A stretch of DNA of 63,937 nucleotides, counting the filler, from Collodictyon triciliatum (taxonomy: Eukaryota): assembly GCA_043381765.1 (NCBI GenBank). It is 12 parts of 12 records of this genome, joined end to end, with 100 filler letters (N's around TTAATTAATTAA, not from the genome) between each part and the next. Parts side by side here need not be neighbours in the genome. Positions count along the whole stretch, not along the records: positions 33,867 to 39,372 come from JBHJMP010005134.1; positions 39,473 to 45,001 come from JBHJMP010005135.1; positions 45,102 to 50,641 come from JBHJMP010005136.1; 9 more parts are not named here. One strand, 5' to 3'. The position numbers were made by a program, and so were the translations under genes. The notes beneath the pieces were generated by a model. That model was given only the letters and a program-made list of their open reading frames with translations. It made no database searches and was not told the origin of the DNA. The number at the start of each line of letters is the position of its first letter. Position 1 is the first letter of the stretch. This document shows, piece by piece, positions 36,467 to 47,755 of this stretch.

Positions 36467-37085
36467 AGCTCCCCCGCAAACTCCCATCCTTTCACAAACA
36501 AACACTTTCGTTTCTCCTTGGTTGCTTATAACTGAATCCAAAACCACAACATTGACGGCAAACGAATCAAGGAGAACAGGAGGGATATATTTCAGAGGCG
36601 AAAAAAGAACAAGAAGAAAGTAAACACTGCGGATTGCATATTCTTCCAGGATTCACGGTCACTTTGACTCCAAAAGAATAAACAAATAACATCAACTCTT
36701 TTTAAAAACAAACAAACAAACAACGTACAGAATTGATGTCGGGGAGAAAAAAGGAGGGTTGAAATAGTGCATGTCATGACCTGGAGTAAGTCTTTCTTTT
36801 CTTTTTAGTCCACATAATTTGGTATATAAACATTTGGTGACGGGCTTCTATGCCAACAAAAAAAATGGTCTCGGCTACACGCTGCTGACAGACTTCATCA
36901 TTCCCTGGGGGGATTGGGCATGGATGTGAAGACATTTGACAAACAAAGCTACCCTGTGAATATAAATAACCCCACGCACAAAGAACTTGGCGAGAGAGAT
37001 TTCATTGTTTGGACTGGGATTATTAAACTCTGACTTCCACGAAGCCGCGTGCGATTGATTTATTATAATGGTTTGATGGTTTGAT

Positions 37086-39110
37086 TTAGACCAAAGTTGT
37101 AAAGTCGATCTGGCCTACGCGGTTGCCAATTGAGCTGACCATATCATAAAGGATTCCTTTTTCTGTGACAAGCAGCTTTCCTGCATCGAAGCGGTTCTGC
37201 GACATGAGAACAGAGGATGGGCCAGAAAAGACCTTTCCACTGTCACAAACAACAGTCCCTTGTTTCCATAATGATATGTGATTGGTTAGATGAAGTAGGT
37301 TGTATGTGCAGAATAGCCCAAAATGAAAGGGACATTCAATGTTTCCCGTCGTCGTCAAGTAAAGGGAGGTATTGAAAAAAAGAAAAGGACTGAATATGTC
37401 AAAACGACACGGGGAGAAAATAAAGAAAATACTATGTGCCATATGTTTAAGAAAAGGGGAATGGAATAAGAGTACCCCTAAATCGATCAATAATCAGCAC
37501 GCGATTTCCAGTGTATTCTGCAATAGCAATCCAGTTCCCGTTGTTAACAAACGTAAAGTCGTCCAAGAATACAACGAGGCCTCTCAGCTTTGAGATTGAC
37601 ATAATTGAATATGTTTCGCTCAATGAGGGCATTACTCCAATTTTCATTTGTTAAAACATGATGTCATCGTCATAATTCTCAAAATCAAGAATGGCAAGAC
37701 TTCAAGAGAGAAATGAGAGGGAGGCAAACAATTATTTTGAATGAAAACATATAATTATAGTTATATTAAGAGAATGTGAATAAGAAAAGAGGAGAAAAAA
37801 AGAAACAATAATACTTTGGTTACAACACTAATCGCTCCAAGGTCGCCGTTGGAATCAACAGGAATAGAAAAGATGGAATCAGAATTTGAAACAAAAAGAT
37901 TGCCTTCATAATACTTCATTCCATTCGGACGACTTAACCCCGATGAGAGAACAATTCTCTCTTCAGTCACCTATATATGAGCTATTATCTTAGTATTCTT
38001 GGATGTAAAAAAACTTTTCTTTGAGATTTCCCGGTAAGAAAACGAGCCCCAGGGGGTCAAATGTATTTTCAATTCCAAAGGAAAGTCTACCCGTGTTGGG
38101 TTGCTGCGGTCGACACGAATTCTGATTATGTTGGACTTAAGCATATCGGCCAAGTACATCGCATCGCCTAGTTTCAGAGATAAATCATTTAGTGTTGAGA
38201 CCGCGGTAAGGTTGTGATGATGTAGTGGCGAGTGATATTTTAAAATAACGACTATAGATATTTTTCATTTATATGTAAGGGATCTCTATGGTTCATGGCC
38301 TTGGCCAAGGTAGTGTACTTTATCCAACAGCATGTCATGCTTTAATTGTAAAATAATTGTAAACCAATAGCTCAATTACCTCTAGGATTCACGCCCATTC
38401 CATTAGGAAAAGAAACAGATAGCTCGTGAATAATTGAGAGGGTGGGCGCTGTTCCGTTGAGTGGCATGGCAGTGAGATAGGAATTTAGGCCAGTGTAATA
38501 AGCTGCGTAAACATAGTTGTTCAACTCAACAATCCCTATATTGGACAATAATTGTTCAAAATGGCCCATTTTGATTGAAATATTTCTTTGGTGTGATAAC
38601 ACTTTCATGTCAAACCAAACTTATGTCGCTAAATCAAAAAACTGTTTTTTAATTGGACATTCCTTTGGGATGTAATATGTTTTTTTTTTTAAAAAAAATT
38701 ATCAACCCAGCCTTTACCTAAGAAGTAATTGAAAAGGAGACCGGTAGGGTCTTGAAATAGCTCACGTGATGTATATGAACCCTACATAATCAGTTGGTCA
38801 AATTTTTCCTCCATTTCTTCTATTGTTTGTATGATTCGGTAAGCAACTATATTTTTTTTGTGCAATTCATATTAATTATTGACTGCAAATGCTTCTTGTA
38901 AAATATGGTGAATATTTTTTTTCCTTTATTCGATTCAAAGAAAATATGGTGAATATTGATATCAGGTATTTGTGGTACATCAGCAAGTCGGGAAACTTCA
39001 TAGGCGTTTTTCCCGCCTGTCACCAAATAGCGACCATCAGACGTAAAAAGTTGGTTCTCTGCGTCGGGAATTTTCTCAATTACGACCGAGTGGGAGCCAA
39101 AACAAGTGCC
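37086..39110 (-). CDS. Beta-propeller protein (SMP-30/gluconolactonase-like), multi-exon; 5' end uncertain
   Basis: Blade-like exons DAENQLFTSDGRYLVTGG, SFPNGMGVNPRG/DAMYLADMLKSNIIRI, GLSRPNGMKYYEGNLFVSNS, FLDDFTF...IAIAEYTGNRVLIID and FSGPSSV...LLVTEKG. Confidence 0.7.
38917..38940 (-). mobile_element. Ultra-short poly(A) retroposed insert, family 1, intronic
   Basis: Minus strand CTTTGAATCGAATAAAGG(A)6+ with a perfect 17-bp TSD aaaatatggtgaatatt (38900-38916, 38941-38957). Confidence 0.9.
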
Positions 39111-39934
39111 TTCTGGTGTGTTGTAAAGATTAATGTGCGTTAGATTTACATAGAAAGAAAGGAAAGAAAAAATATTTTGAAGGCACGCATGTTTGACCTT
39201 ACTATTTGTTCTGGATGATTAACAAGACAACTAAGTTAGTGGCGACGCAAATATCGATGTTTTGTGCTTTGCGATTTGTTTTATTATGCTCTACTTTGTT
39301 GTCTGTTTTTTTTTTGTTTTTTTGTTTTTTTGTTTTTTTGTTTTTTTTTTTTTTTTTGTTTTTTTTTTTTTTNNNNNNNNNNNNNNNNNNNNNNNNNNNN
39401 NNNNNNNNNNNNNNNNTTAATTAATTAANNNNNNNNNNNNNNNNNNNNNNNNNNNNNNNNNNNNNNNNNNNNAAACAAAAAACAAAAAACAAAAAACAAA
39501 AAACAAAAAACAAAAAACAAAAAACAAAAAACAAAAAACAAAAAACAAAAAACAAAAAACAAAAAAAACAGAAAACAAAAAAACAGAAAAAACGAACAAT
39601 AAAACAATAAAAGAAATACAAAAGTATAGCAAATAAAGACAAAAAACTGAAATTAAAAAAGACAAGCCATGTCATAGCTGTTTGTTTGGCCGCCTCCTCT
39701 TATTTATTATTGGGATTCTTTTCCTTTAAACCTTGGCATTTTCTGTCATTTTTTCTTTTTGTCTCTTGAAACCACCACCGTCGACCATGCGAGTCGTTTT
39801 CGCCCGTTGATTTTGAGTGAGAAAAATGAAAGCCACCTCTGAAACAGCACCTTGCACAAACACAGTGTTCAGAGAAAGGAGGCTTCAACTTCAGACCGAT
39901 TCGCTTCGAGAGACTCCAAGCCACTCTCGATCAG

Positions 39935-42900
39935 ATGCCTCGTTGTGTCTGGTTGGCCATCGTCACTGCTCTCGTCAATCTTGGTAAATATGAATACAGT
40001 CCTCTCTTAAGCCAATCTTTGATAGCTCCCCTTTTTGCATGTCTTTCATCCGTAGTTTATTGCAACATACATAATGCATTATTTATTTTTTTACTGTCTA
40101 TGATTATCTTTGAATGATGAATTCTCTATTGACATGCATTTTCCTACATTTATAGTGTTAATGTATAATAATGAAGAAATAGTCTATGATCAGAAAAAAA
40201 AGAGACAAGCGAAAGTCGATCATCATATTATCTTTTTTTAGAAAATATTATTCGGGATCTTGAATTGTTAATATCGCATATTGTATATTTTTGAAACGAA
40301 TAAAGGGAAAAAATCGCATAATTGGATATCCAAAAAAAAACATGACACATACTTTGACCCCAACTCTGACGCATTTTTATTTTCATATTATGTTAATATT
40401 TATTCCTTTTAATATGTGAAATATGGGAAATTTTTCACATTCTGAGTTTCATATGTATTGTAAATTACACTCATTTATCTAATGGCCTTTTTTTTTTAAA
40501 AAAAAACCCAAAATCTAATGGTAAATATGCATATTAAGGCTTTGTGCTCAGTGACCCACGTTGCGAACTTCCTGCTGAAGGTCTCTCATGTCATGAAATC
40601 AACTATCCGATATTCATCAACGACACATCCCAAGTTCGTTTCCATCATCTGCTGATTTCTGAAATAATATGTTCTTAAAAAATTGTTATAAATTATTTAT
40701 CCCTATTCGTCGTGCAAGATCACCAAAGCTCAACTTCCAAAGTTCCATATCCTGGTGATTAAATGCAAGAAAAATACATGAATCAGAAAATGTGAATATA
40801 ATTTACAAATCAATTCATGATAGGAATATTTGGATTTATTGACACAGCCCGAGCTGGCTTTGTCTCGTTTCGATCCACCTGATTGTCAGGCAGTGATTCG
40901 TCCCTTGATATGCGGCATGTTTTTACCACATTGCTCCGAATCGTCCGTCGATATATATCCAAAGGTAATGCTCCATCAGTGTCTCTACTATCTTGCTCCT
41001 TTTCTTTTCCTAAATCATACTTCTAGATTTATACTCCTTAAACTATCATGAAACCTTTTAACTATAATTTATTTATTTATTTTTTTGCTTTAATTTTCTA
41101 GTTTTCAGCTCAAAATTTCTTACATAGTCACCAGTGATTTTTTGATATATTTAAAATAATTTCTCTTGAAAACAGAGAATATGCAGGTCATACTGTCAGT
41201 TTATCAAGGCACAAACATCCCATTGTGCATACTCTCTAGCGTTTTTACAAAAGATTGACTGCGAAGATGAAATGTTTTTTTCCCCAGATAACGGAGATGC
41301 CGCGTCTCTCTCTTGTTCCATGATGAATGATTTTAATTGTTAGTCGAAGCTTCATTTTCCTATTTAAAATGCAATAAAAATTGTAAAAATCAGTTATCTA
41401 AACCTTTCGAAAACGCATATGAATACCAGCAACAATTGATGTATCGGCCTTGGGGTCGTGTGAGAAGGTGAAAAATCAAACGTGCTCTCACATGTTAGAC
41501 CTGCAACAGGAAAGAATTTACAATAACATACCGGTCTATGTACCATGTAAGCTTTTTTTATGCTAAAATCATAGATATAATATTTATATGAGATATGGTT
41601 GATTTTACCTGCATTCCTTTTGTAAATTAGTTATATGTGTATGTATATAAAACATTCATAATATTTACATTTCGTTTCAAGATGTTTCGACCTTTCTTCA
41701 TTTATCGGTTGAACTCTTCAGCTCATCGTTATTTTCTTTTTAATAGATGGGGCTGATGTTTCATTACTAGAACAAATTGCCAGTTCTAGAGTGTATCCAT
41801 TTAATCTGCTGCAATCCACCAAAACAGGAAAGACATGCGCAGAGCAATTGTATCTTTTAACCTGCATGGCGACTTTGAGACCGTATGAATTCACGTTTCC
41901 ATCTTCACAGCATTATGTATCATGACAATTTGATTAACATTTCTGAGCGACCATTTCTGCCCAATTTTTAAATTTATTATTATGGCATTTTTTTATACTT
42001 TTTTTTTATTTTTATTCTATTTTTAATTTCCTAGATGCAAGACTTCAAAGTTTACATTGAGCCTAGAGCAAACATTCTTTGGCAATTTGACATCTGTCAT
42101 AGAAATATCTTACCCAGATAAAGTTCCATGTCGCTCTATGTGCTTAATTGCCGGAATTTCGTGTATGTTAATTATCCGAGACGATGGCGATGATTCTGAA
42201 ACGTTATCTTGTGATCAAGTAATGTCGTTGCAGATTTATATACACTTTACTGTAATATTTTTTCTCGAAATATCTGAAATGACATACTCTTGTTGCATTC
42301 CAAAGTAGAACCCTATGTTCTTTTGACGTTGGCAATGATGTTTAATGTCTTTATTTATTTATTTTTTTTTAAAAAAAAAAAGATTGAGCCTCTGTATGGG
42401 ACACCCCTATTCCCAGCAGATGACTCTGTTATTGATGTTGCCCCTGGCATAACAAGTTCTTGTCTCTCAGCTTCTGAAATCAATTCAATGACCAGCAGTA
42501 ATAATTACATTCGTTTATTTATATCACTATAAACATCAAGTTGTCTGTACTTCTCAAGATATAAAAACATATTTCCCACGATATAAACGGAAATCCACCA
42601 GTATCTCCGTTGGAATGTGTTAGTCCTTTGGTGTATGAAGAAGGCAGTGACCCTGTATGTACAGAGCCATGCCTTATGTACATTTTTTCTGAATCTGAGA
42701 CGGAAAATTTGCGATCGGTACTTTTAATCATGTTTCATGATCAATACTCTATATTTATTTTAATCAAACTTCAAGAATGTGGCATTTCATAATTAAATCC
42801 TCTTTGTTAAGTCATTGTTTTCTCTTCCTTCAGGCTGTTATAGTATGTGCGCATTTTTCTTTCATCTTGGATTTGATGCTGCTCGTTCTATACGCCGCCT

Positions 42901-44527
42901 TTCCAAACAAGAGAAAATTTCCAAATAGCATTGCATGGTCAGTTGCATGCATAATTTGATCTTATTTTATATCTTGGAGCCATAATATGGTATATTTACT
43001 TCCCCTAATAGCCTTTATTTCTTGCAGGCAAGTTACCCTTATATCAACCCTCATCGCATTTCTGATTGTTTTATCCTATTGGATTGGCTACGAACAAGTT
43101 TTTTGCAAAACGAATACCACGCGCTTTTACCTAGAGGGCTTTTGCGGTTTCCAGGGTGCGTTGTAGATCTATAACATTATGATAAGAGTCAAGTGCATAC
43201 GATTAATTTTGAAATATAATGACCCCTTATGATTTGAATTCTCATATCGCTATGTGTGTCCGCATCCTAGCAATTTTTACCTTGTGGTTTGGTCTTGTTG
43301 CGATATTTTTATGGCTCATTCTGATTATTTCTGTGTGGAGGACGGTTGTGTATGAGAAGGACATAACCAGAATGCAACGAAAAACCATGTATCTGTTCAG
43401 CTGGGGCATACCAGCCATTCTCGTCATTTATGCGATATCCATTGACGCTCTGGGATATGATGGATTTTCGTTTTTGTCAGTGTCTTTGAAATTTATACAT
43501 ACACGGGCATCATTTTCCTTCCCAAATCATAATATACACTAATTTCCAAATAATACCAATATAGGTGTTCTTTTAGTGATAAAGCCGATGCCAATGATGA
43601 ATTTTTGATCCTTTTTGGTTGGATTGCAGTCGCTATATCTGTAGGCCTTCCCCTAGTGATCCGGGTTTTAGTTCATCTGGCCAAGGTTATAATTTTTGTT
43701 CGTTCCCTGAATGAAATTCTCGGCTATGTAAATATATGTAGGCAATAAATGAACATAGCTTAGATTTCTCCCATCTTTTTTTTTTTAAAAAAAAAAAGGT
43801 GGCCCGGACTGTGCAAAAGAGTTCAATGTTCCTTAGGTCATATATCAAGCTTTTCACATTAATAATTTCTATGATGATCCTCTTTGTTTTCACGTTTTCT
43901 GTTCGTCTTGATGTTCGTTTGAAGGAGGATGAAATAACGGTATCTAAATCAAATATGGTCTTAGGATACAACAAATCATGAATATGTGTATATAAACCAA
44001 ACTTGATGCTACATTAATGTCATCGGACTTCATTACTTTGTGCGCATCGTTGAACTAGGATTTGCTTTTTTATATCCAGGAGTCCATGAGGGATGACATC
44101 ATTTGCCGCGGTTCGTCGCAGTTTCATGATTGTCCCGACCCAAAGAAACCATCCAAATTCTTGTGGATAATTGGTTCCATTACTCCAGCTATCCAGGTAA
44201 GATAAAAAAAAAAGTAGAGTTGGAAGAAATGACAGGAAACAGATGCTTCGTGTTACTTAGCAGCATACGTGTTAATAATCATTATTTCTATGACAGTTCA
44301 AAATTTAAATAACGCTATCGACTCGTTAGGGTATTGTTGTCTTCCTAACCTTCGGTGTAAGTAAGGATAACCTCAAACTATCGAAAGAACTATTGCGGAA
44401 GTTGCTTTCAAGCTCTCATTGGATCTCTCTCCGCTCCAATATGAGCTTGGGTTCTTACCATTTCTCAAAATCTTCAGAGACTGAACTGAGAAGTAGCCAT
44501 AATCAGGCATCAAAGCAAAACCTTTGA
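39935..44527 (+). CDS. Frizzled/Smoothened-like GPCR with two cysteine-rich (Fz/CRD-like) domains and a 7TM region
   Basis: Signal peptide MPRCVWLAIVTALVNL; CRD1 CQAVIRPLICGMFLPHC...ICRSYC; CRD2 CAEQLYLLTCMATLRPC...PCRSMC; linker CVSPLV...CTEPC; TM motifs RKFPN, CGFQ, LWLIL and LFSWGIP; last TM QGIVVFLTFG. Stop at 44525-44527. Confidence 0.85.
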
Positions 44528-45101
44528 TTATAGCAATCAGTGCTGAAATACATTTTGTTTGTTACTTTTCATCGCTCCGTTTCTTTGGAAGGTGAATCCA
44601 CCAAACGTTTTTCCAAAATAAACTGACGTATAAACAATTAAATGTTGTGTTCCCTCTTAATATACAAGACAGTCAGAGTTTTGGCCATGCATGGAAATGT
44701 GTCGAAGATGATTTTATATTCCTCCATCAAACTTTGAGCTAAATCTCAGAAGAACAAGGGAGACCAATAGCGTGCCCTGAATGAAAGCGTATGTTACAAC
44801 GCGAGCAGGAATGCGTGTGCCGCGAGTTCTCCATCCTACAACCTGATAACGGTGGCAAACATAATATTTAGTTTTCTACAACGTACCTATGAAGGGGGGG
44901 GGGGGGGGGGGGATTTTTTTTTTTATTTTTTTATTTTTTTAAAAATAAAAAAATTTTTTTAAATTTTTTTTTTTTTTTTTTTATAATCACAGGAACATTT
45001 TNNNNNNNNNNNNNNNNNNNNNNNNNNNNNNNNNNNNNNNNNNNNTTAATTAATTAANNNNNNNNNNNNNNNNNNNNNNNNNNNNNNNNNNNNNNNNNNN
45101 N

Positions 45102-45175
45102 TCAAGCAGGTTCAAAGCAGGCAAACAAAGAGGAAAAGAAGGAGCGCAAGAAAGGAGATAATGTCTGTTCTTTCT
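45102..45175 (+). repeat. 74-nt terminal direct repeat of the scaffold (identical to 50568-50641)
   Basis: The first and last 74 nt of scaffold 45102-50641 are identical (tcaagcaggttcaaagc...gataatgtctgttctttct). Confidence 0.95.
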
Positions 45176-45805
45176 GGCGACGAAATACGCAAGGCCATCG
45201 AAGCAGGGTTTTTGATTTTCTTCGCCATCGCCGTTCTCTCTTTTTTTTTCTTTTTTTTTTAGTTATCATTTGTGTTTCCTGCTTAGTTTTTTTTTTTTTG
45301 GGTTGCACCTAACAAAGATCTTTTCCTGTAGAGAGATCCGAATCACCCCGTTTGATGAGAGCGCCATCGGCTGCGCAAGGTTTGGTGCAGACTCTTGAAG
45401 GAAACTTGTTTTTTTTCTTGCCACGGAACAAACTACACATATTGAAGACAGCAGGGAGCATAACATCCCAGCCATTCCTTTAATTATTGCTTTCGTCTTT
45501 TGTTTTTCATTTGCTTACTGTATCGTTGAGAAAAAGGAACAGAGATAAGAGGAAATGGGGCTTGCGAAGGTTGTATGTGCTGATATTCTGATTCGTAGTG
45601 TTGATCTGCGCCTGAGCAACTCGTTTCGCATGTACCGCCACCAAAATAAAGTGATTGAAATCCGGGAAGAAACAGACTACAAGACAATCACCGAGAGAAT
45701 CGACTTGGAGGAGGGTCAATCGTTCCTATTGCCACCTGGCCAGGTTCGCTTTCTCCGTTTCTCCGATATACTCGATATGATGGGTATTATTATTATTATT
45801 ATTTA

Positions 45806-45902
<97 letters not shown>

Positions 45903-46991
45903 TTATTATCATATTTTCTTGTTGAATATGATTCTTTTATTTTAATTTTTCTCTGCTTCAGTTTCTCTTATTCCAGTAATCTAATTCTATTTTATTTGGT
46001 TCAAAGGGCATCATTTTTTTATCAAGTGGAGTCGTCTTTATTTTATAGTTTTTTTTACCTTTTTATAATTATTATATAAAAAGGCATGTCTTGGAATCAC
46101 AGTGGAGGAGATTCATCTGTCTCCAGGTCTTTGCGGACTTCTGGGTATGTTTTTGTGTGAAAGAGCCTAAACACTTTATCGCTGATATTTCATCAAGTTT
46201 ATGTCCAAGCGTTCCATGCTTCGAAGGAGACTTTTTTTTTCTGTAATTGATATTTTACTAAACTTCAGTCACTCTTGTTTGTTCTATTAATAATGCTCTT
46301 TCTGTCTGAAAAAATATTTTTCATGGAGAGGGTCGCTCAAGGTAGAACTCAATACGTTTTGATTTCCTTCTGCTTCATGTCCCAAAAGTAAAAGAAAAGA
46401 AACGGGTGCCAAAAAACAACTGTATTCGCTATCTGAAGTAGAAGAGCAAAACCAGCTCATTTAACTTGGTGACTGTTCAATTTTTTTTTTTTCAGATTTG
46501 CCCGCCTCGGCCTCTTCGTCCATATCACCGCTGGATTTATGAACCCAGGCACGGTCCATTCTATTTTATCGAACGACTCAATCGAGAATACATTTGTTTG
46601 CAAAATAAGTAAATGGAAGACTAATAATAAGTATAAAAAATAAAATAAAAAGGAATTGCCAACCGCCAAGTTCTGGAAATCTACAATGCCTCCAATGTAA
46701 TCTATGAACTAAAGACTTAGGGCTCTTCTATCTTTTTATTATAAATATGTGTTATGGATGACATCAGCTCTGAGAACTTTCTATTTTTCTTTTTCCCACA
46801 CATGGAACTCTTAAGAGGCTGACCCGCTTCTTGGTACGCTTTCGCTGTGTTTGAAATATCCTGAGTTTTTTTTCTTTTTATTATAGAACACCATTGCGCT
46901 TGTGCCAGGAACTCGTGTTTGCCAGTTTGTGTTTATGCGCATGTCGGGAACAAGCAAGTACGAGGGAAAGTTCCAGGCACAGGAATTATGA
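45161..46991 (+). CDS. dcd: dCTP deaminase (trimeric dUTPase superfamily), 7 exons
   Basis: The spliced product is MSVLSGDEIRKAIEAGEIRITPFDESAIGCASVDLRLSNSF...FLLPPGQACLGITVEEIHLSPGLCGLLEGRSRFARLGLFVHITAGFMNPGIANRQVLEIYNASNNTIALVPGTRVCQFVF...YEGKFQAQEL*. It includes a 13-nt exon (46329-46341) and a GC-AG intron (46549-46652). Confidence 0.92.
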
Positions 46992-47755
46992 TTCATCCGC
47001 ATCGGAGCACGAAATGGTGGAAAAATAAATTTGATTGAAAGATTGTCATGGATTAGTAATTTTACCACAATCCTTCCTTTTTTTTTTTTTTAATGTATTG
47101 TTTCCTTGTGTTGCAAACTCAATTTATTAACCAGCTATGTATCAGAATATTCTATCGAAACTGAAGCAAGGATACAGATATCTATGAATAGCAAAAGAAT
47201 ATAAAAGAAAAAATCAATCATGCTAAGACAACGGAATCTTGTGATGTAGCCCTGTATTTCACAGCAAAAATGGGCTCTTTTTTTTCTCTATTTTATTTTA
47301 TTGGGATAGTGAGCGACATTGTATGATTAACATAAATGCTGGATGGAGTATCACAACATCTCGTCTTGGCGACATAACCATGAGAGATATCTACAATCAT
47401 ACCAAGCATGTGAATACGTCTTTGAGTCTTTGAGTGTATTACAGCCGTGTAAGTCCCAGAAGCGTCCTCATGGAAGTCGCCTTCGCTCATATATACCACA
47501 AACTTTGCTTTCCAATTTAGAGTTTCATCTGTATATGACTTGTTGTATCGTGGTACAATTGTGCTATTTTAGATGGCTATATGTACCCCCGATATTGTAA
47601 AAGTCCAAATCATCCACAATCGTCTTAACTCAATGATAAACATGGATGAGACGGCATATATTATAAATCATCAACATAAATATATCAATCACATGCAAAA
47701 GCGTGATAGAAAGAGTCCTTTAATATTTTATTCTATCATATGAAATATCCTGATA

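Noticed and set aside
47293-47660. Degenerate BTB/T1-like fragment (DDLDFYNI) on the minus strand
   Set aside because: Only a short motif resemblance, interrupted by stops and frameshifts.
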